DNA of 64,000 nucleotides. Origin: Lama guanicoe. Its lineage: Eukaryota. A program made the translations under genes and the position numbers. The notes under the pieces are model-generated. The model saw nothing but the letters and a program-made list of their open reading frames with translations. It made no database searches and was not told the origin of the DNA. The stretch spans positions 2,134,943-2,198,942 of the forward strand of contig MU053216.1 in assembly GCA_013239625.1 (NCBI GenBank), in the 5' to 3' direction. This document shows, piece after piece, positions 59,251 to 64,000 of this stretch (position 1 is the stretch's first letter; the number at the start of each line of letters is the position of its first letter).

Positions 59251-60739
59251 CAGCTCTAGAGGAATTAGAAGATGGATTTGACAGATAAAGAAACAGTCCG
59301 GAGTCGTTGAGCTTTGAGAAAGAAGAGTAGATTGTGTGTTAGAAAATACAGTATATCATGATATTTTATATTGGTAAGAGGCTGTTTCTAAATAATATTC
59401 TAGACATTCGTGGTATTGACTGCTTTGTGCTGAAATGCATCAGTGTAGGCATATTATATTCACACTTTCTTCTGTCTTACTGTGAATAATGATACGAATG
59501 GACAACGGACTATGCGATGCTGTATTGGCTAAAGCATCCGATTTTATAAAGTCATCCCCATTTTAATTAGATAATTTCACTTGGGGATGCTATGGATGAA
59601 ATATTCTTTGAGAATATAATAATATTTCTGTTAAGACTTTGCTTTGGAGAATAATGGAACTCAATAAAAGGTATTTTTACCTCAGTTTATTACAATGGAA
59701 GTTTACCAAGTAGTCTGCTTATTCAGTAAGCATTCTTTTTTTTTTTCACGGCAAGGTACTCTTTTATCTGCTAAATGCTTTGTGTAGTAGAATAGTTTTT
59801 AAATTTTCAAAGCATCAGGGTCCTTTTTTTCAAGGAAAACTCTGAAACCTGCTCTACGGAATAGATGATAATGCTATTTCTTTTGGATAAATGTCTTTTC
59901 AGTAGTTGAAATGGATAACGTTTATTTGTAAAATCAAATAATGAATCTGTGCGCATGCACACATTAAATTTAGACGCTAAGGATGGCAGACGTCTCCTAA
60001 CATGGGTGTCACTGTCCTGTCGATTTCTGGGTTTCATTTGGTTAAACTGTAGCAAGTAAACCCTGAGTCTTACAGAGAAGTAGTTGCAAAAGCTAGCAAG
60101 TATTTAAACAGCTCACTTTATAATCTCAGGATGTTTAAAAGAATACAGAACACTTTTAGTATTAAAGATGAATCAACCTTCTAAAAAACAATCACAAGAA
60201 ATTTCTAACTGATTGAGTTCCTTGTAGTAAAGTAGACATTCAGAATTAAAAGCTTGTAATAGGCTATTGACAGTCTATTAACTGCAAGGGTGTGGAGTCA
60301 CCAGCAGACGTGTTCTATGTTAACTCGTGATTTCACCGCAGACTCTGTACCGTGATTGGCTGACGGGTTTGGGAGCTCCTCCTCTGCTTCGTGCAGTGTT
60401 TAATTGACTACACAGCACACGTGGAATTTATGAAGGTGTGAGCGTGTCTGAATTCAACACAAGATCAGTACAGAAAAAACATCGTCCTGATCATCAGCAC
60501 GTTTATAAGAAGTTTAAAGGTCTGCGTGGACGTGATAGGAGAGAATTTATTTAATGTTTATTTAAGGAAGGCACAAAAACAAGAGGAACTCACTGTCCAG
60601 TCGGTTGATGGTGGTCCTCACCGAGTGAAAGTTGGATTTTTAAGACTTAAAAATGAAATTTGTACCTAACATTTACAAAACTCTTAAAAAGCGCATCTTC
60701 GAAACACTGAAGTTCCAGAGAATGCAATTTGAAAAACAC

Positions 60740-60985
60740 TTATGTTGTAGAAAGAGCAAGACATAACATCCCAGTACCTGCCTGGGAACCCTCCTCTTCT
60801 CACCTACGAGCAGCGTGAGCTGGGGCGCGGGACGCACTTTTGCTGAACCTTAGTTTCTCTTCTGTAACATAGGGGTTATGACCACACCCAGGTTTTGCTA
60901 AGGCTGAATCCTTTGTGATCAGTCAAGTAATACGTATCTAATGCAGTGTCTGGCGTAGAGACAGGTGTGTCAAATGCTATTCCAT
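60740..60985 (-). mobile_element. MIR SINE
   Basis: CTGAACCTTAGTTTCTCTTCTGTAACATAGGG...GCAGTGTCTGGCGTAGAG...CAAATGCTA. Confidence 0.6.
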
Positions 60986-61339
60986 CTAAACCTAATGCCT
61001 CGAAGAACAGAAAGTACTTTCTAAATCCTTAGGAAAACAGAAGGAAAAGATTGTAGTTTGAGGGAAGGAGGGGGACTATGCTTGGATTTAAGGGGGAAAA
61101 AAGTGATTCCATCACAAAGAGAGATTTCCTCAAGAGAAGAAGAATGAAAGTGTGGAATAAAACCCTCGCCTTTGGACCCAAATGGAATGTCTGTCACACT
61201 GGACTGGATGCTCTGGTGTTAAGTAATGTGTATTTAATTTTATAAACCACATATTCCAGTTTTAGGGTAAAAAAGCTATTTAACGTTCTCTTCAGCTTCC
61301 CAGGAAGCGTTCTGCTCTATAAAGTGGTCAACAGAGGAT

Positions 61340-61945
61340 GAAACCGCGGAGGCGCAGGACTGCAGCGCGGTGGCTCTGACCTGGGGGCGCACGGGTCCCA
61401 GCAGCGCCGTCTTCTCAGGGCCTCGGGCCAGCTCAGTTCTCAAGCTCGGGCTCCGCCCCCAACCTCCGCACTGCGGATAAAATCACCTCTTGTCACAGGT
61501 CCAAGTGAATCAATATCCCCTGAATGAACTTCTCTTCAAAGGCAAGAAAGAGCCAGAAGTATCCATGGCTTAGTGACTTTTAATTCTTTAAATCCGTGGG
61601 CCAAGTCGGTGATACAGCAGATGGCGTAGTTAGTAGTTCCAGAACTTGGCCTTCTACCAGCGCCACCGAGGGGGCTGGCTTGGAGAGCGCGTTCCCGGGT
61701 TCAGCCCCAGGAATGCTGGCGCGGCTCCTGCCTCTGCGCCGGGAGCGTGGCGTCCGCCGTGAGCGAGCTGCCGTGAGCTCAGCACCCGCGCGAGCCCTGG
61801 CCCGCGGGCGCGCGGGGCTGGGGTGTGCGCTCGCTCGCCCAGCCCTCGCCTTGCTTCCGCTGGGCCTCGGCTCCTTCGGCGGCTCCTTCGGCAGCTCACC
61901 GGCCAGTGGGTTTACCTGCGTGCGCCGCCCCCCAGCTGTGGGCCC
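61340..61945. promoter_or_regulatory. CpG island; candidate promoter
   Basis: CpG-dense at 61340-61480 and 61655-61940, with a GC box CTCCGCCCC (~61451) and two minus-strand donors: CAG|GTAAAC (61915) and CCG|GTGAGC (61899). Confidence 0.75.
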
Positions 61946-63821
61946 TTTTCCTTTATTTCCCTGCAAGAGCTCTTCACCCTTTGTTTCTTCATGGCTCCTA
62001 GAAGTTCTCTGATTTTTCTCCTAGACTCCCTGCAAGAGCTTCTGGGCGTTGGGGGAAAGGCGGGATGCGGAGGGGTTGACTCTGGTAGCTTCTGCCGAGA
62101 GAGAACCTGCGAGAAAACTCGCCTCTACCCTCTGTCAGAACTGAGGTCCGTTCACTTAGCCCCCGAGTCTTACTACGTGAGACAGCCCTGGGGCGCAGTC
62201 GTCCACGTCTGTTTCTGTTCCTCTAACATCTGCTTGTCTACTGTCCAGGACGAGGGGGCAAGAATAAAAGCATCTTGCCCCATTTTGTTGAACATTCTTC
62301 CTCAAATTGCTTTTAATTTTTATATTTTCGAAGTTGTGAAGTCTTTCCAACGTAGGAAAAGTATTGGACAGTAACTTAATAAACATCTGTGTATCTGCCG
62401 TGCAGAATTAGCACATACCAACATTTGCTACAGTTGATCTCTTGTGTGTGGTTGGTGGGAGTGTAAGTGTATAACCGCTTTGGTAAATTGACGTTATCTA
62501 CTAAAGCAGCCCCATGCACGTCCTGCAGCCCAGCGCTTCCCCTCCTAGAAGCGCACGCTCACGTACATTGATGTCCGTGAACCAAAACGCAGCTGAGCCC
62601 CACACGGGCCGCATTTATTATCTTCAGAACAGCGTGTTAGCCTCTGTAGGTGTTTAAAACTCCTAAAATCATTGCTTTCATACTCCTAGAAGTTTTCCAA
62701 GTCTACATAATCCAAAATTCTCAAAACTTATTTTCATTTATTCCAAACAGATCTTTTTTTTTTCTTTCACTTACTGATAATCCTCAACCTCCCAGGCCCT
62801 GGTACATTTTATTTTCCTCTATTAATCACTTTTGCAGCATCATGAAGTGAGTGCCATCTCAGAACGTAATCTGTCAATGTTTACTCCTCCTTCCAAGTCG
62901 TTAACAGGCGGCATAAAACAAGTCCGCCCCTGGCCTTTTGTCATCCCCTGAACCGCCGTCTTCTCCGTTCAGGGCACTGACCTTTTTCATGACTTGCTGC
63001 TTCAATGCCAGTGACAGGATGTTTAACCAAATCATTTTTTAAGCATTTTCTCAGAGTGCTTTATACTGCAATGCATCAGACGTCCTAGAACACTGGTACC
63101 CTCTCTGTTGAGTTTGTTATTTACTGATACTGCTTGTCCCTGAATGGTTAGTTTCGTATTTTAAAATTTCATGGCACTTTCTAGTTTCTCATCCATCTTC
63201 CTTATTCAAGGTTTTACCTTTTTTTAAAAAAAACTGGAGTAACACTATATACCCCTGGGCTATACCCGCACGCCCTTACTGTATTTTTCAACAATGAACC
63301 AGTTCCTTTTGGAGAATCTGAAAAGTGACACGGGCAGGCGAATTGTGTCTATGAAAGCTAACGAGAGCTCTCCAAAAGCAGCACGCAAATGTTTAGCAAG
63401 GTTCTGTGGCCGCTGTAAAAGTGAAGTCCCTCAACCAAGGGCCCTTGTGCAAATCATCTGCGCCCACTAGACGTGGCGCGGGCAGAGACATCAGGGCGGT
63501 GCAGGTGTCGAGACGCTGAGCGCTAGGATCGCACCAGGTGCCAGCGGCGATGGGTCTCGCCTGCCCCTTCCCCACCTCCGCTCCACTCCACATTGCTTCC
63601 TGTCTTCTGTGAGCCCGTGCTCTCATGCGCACACAGGAGAAGGAGCTGCCGACTGCTCACCAGGTCCTGTGCTGGGGCTTCAGAGATAAACGAGACCTGA
63701 ATACAAGATGGTCCGACAAGTAATTCTCAGTCCCCATCTTTCCTGGCCACTTAGCACCCTTCCACTGTTGACCACCCCTTCTGCCTCAGTATGCTGAGAC
63801 GTGGCTTCTGCTCCCCACACT

Positions 63822-63898
63822 TTGTTTTTTTGTTTGTTTTTTTAACTTTAATCAAAGTATAGTTGATGAACAATATTATATAAGTTACATGTGTACAC
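63822..63898 (-). mobile_element. L1 terminal 3' fragment
   Basis: Poly-T, then AAAGTATAGTTGATGAACAATATTATATAAGTTACATGTGTACA. Confidence 0.8.
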
Positions 63899-64000
63899 GG
63901 ACATAGAAAACAAACTGTGGTTACCAGAGTGGAAAGGGCAGGGAGGGATAGATCAGAAGTTCGGGATTAGCAGATACACATCACAGTATATAAAATAGAT
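63899..64000 (+). mobile_element. L1 3' region, running off the window
   Basis: GACATAGAAAACAAACTGTGGTTACCAGAG...GGGATTAGCAGATACACA...TATAAAATAGAT. Confidence 0.85.

Noticed and set aside
59455-59590. Short hairpins (TATTCACA/TGTGAATA and CATCCCCA/TGGGGATG) and an exon-like segment
   Set aside because: The stems are only 8 bp, there is no miRNA or snoRNA signature, and all frames of the putative exon contain stops.
63460-63548. CTCF-like CCACTAGACGTGGCG and GCACCAGGTGCCAGC
   Set aside because: Both deviate at core positions and cannot be supported without PWM or ChIP data.
1-64000. Assigning a host gene symbol
   Set aside because: No exon matched a protein I recognise, so naming one would be a guess.

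Overview
This is mammalian genomic DNA, very probably camelid (alpaca, llama or camel), judged from three copies of the tRNA-derived vic-1-type SINE and artiodactyl-type L1 3' ends. I recognise no protein-coding gene. The ORF track is explained by GC-rich CpG islands, L1/L2 remnants, N gaps and chance. The window looks like long intronic or regulatory DNA. It has four CpG-rich islands (about 1-640, 27.2-28.05 kb, 40.25-40.45 kb and 61.35-61.95 kb), many interspersed repeats (L1, L2, L3/CR1, MIR, ERV1/ERVL/MaLR solo LTRs, hAT MITEs) and three assembly gaps. Most L1s and the ERV1-type LTRs lie on the minus strand, which suggests a plus-strand host transcript that I cannot identify. The best second-look items are: (1) a 4-copy, ~40-bp CCAAT-box tandem array at 9.54-9.70 kb near an LTR; (2) a candidate alternative first exon (MGYRQE) and a 22-nt micro-exon; (3) recursive-splice-like AG|GT sites; (4) a possible spliced antisense transcript from the 61.9-kb island; (5) local AT-to-GC rewriting of ancient repeats; (6) AT-rich palindromic expansions inside old L1s. 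Repeat family names come from my memory of consensus sequences, not from a search. I found no clear new multi-gene system.
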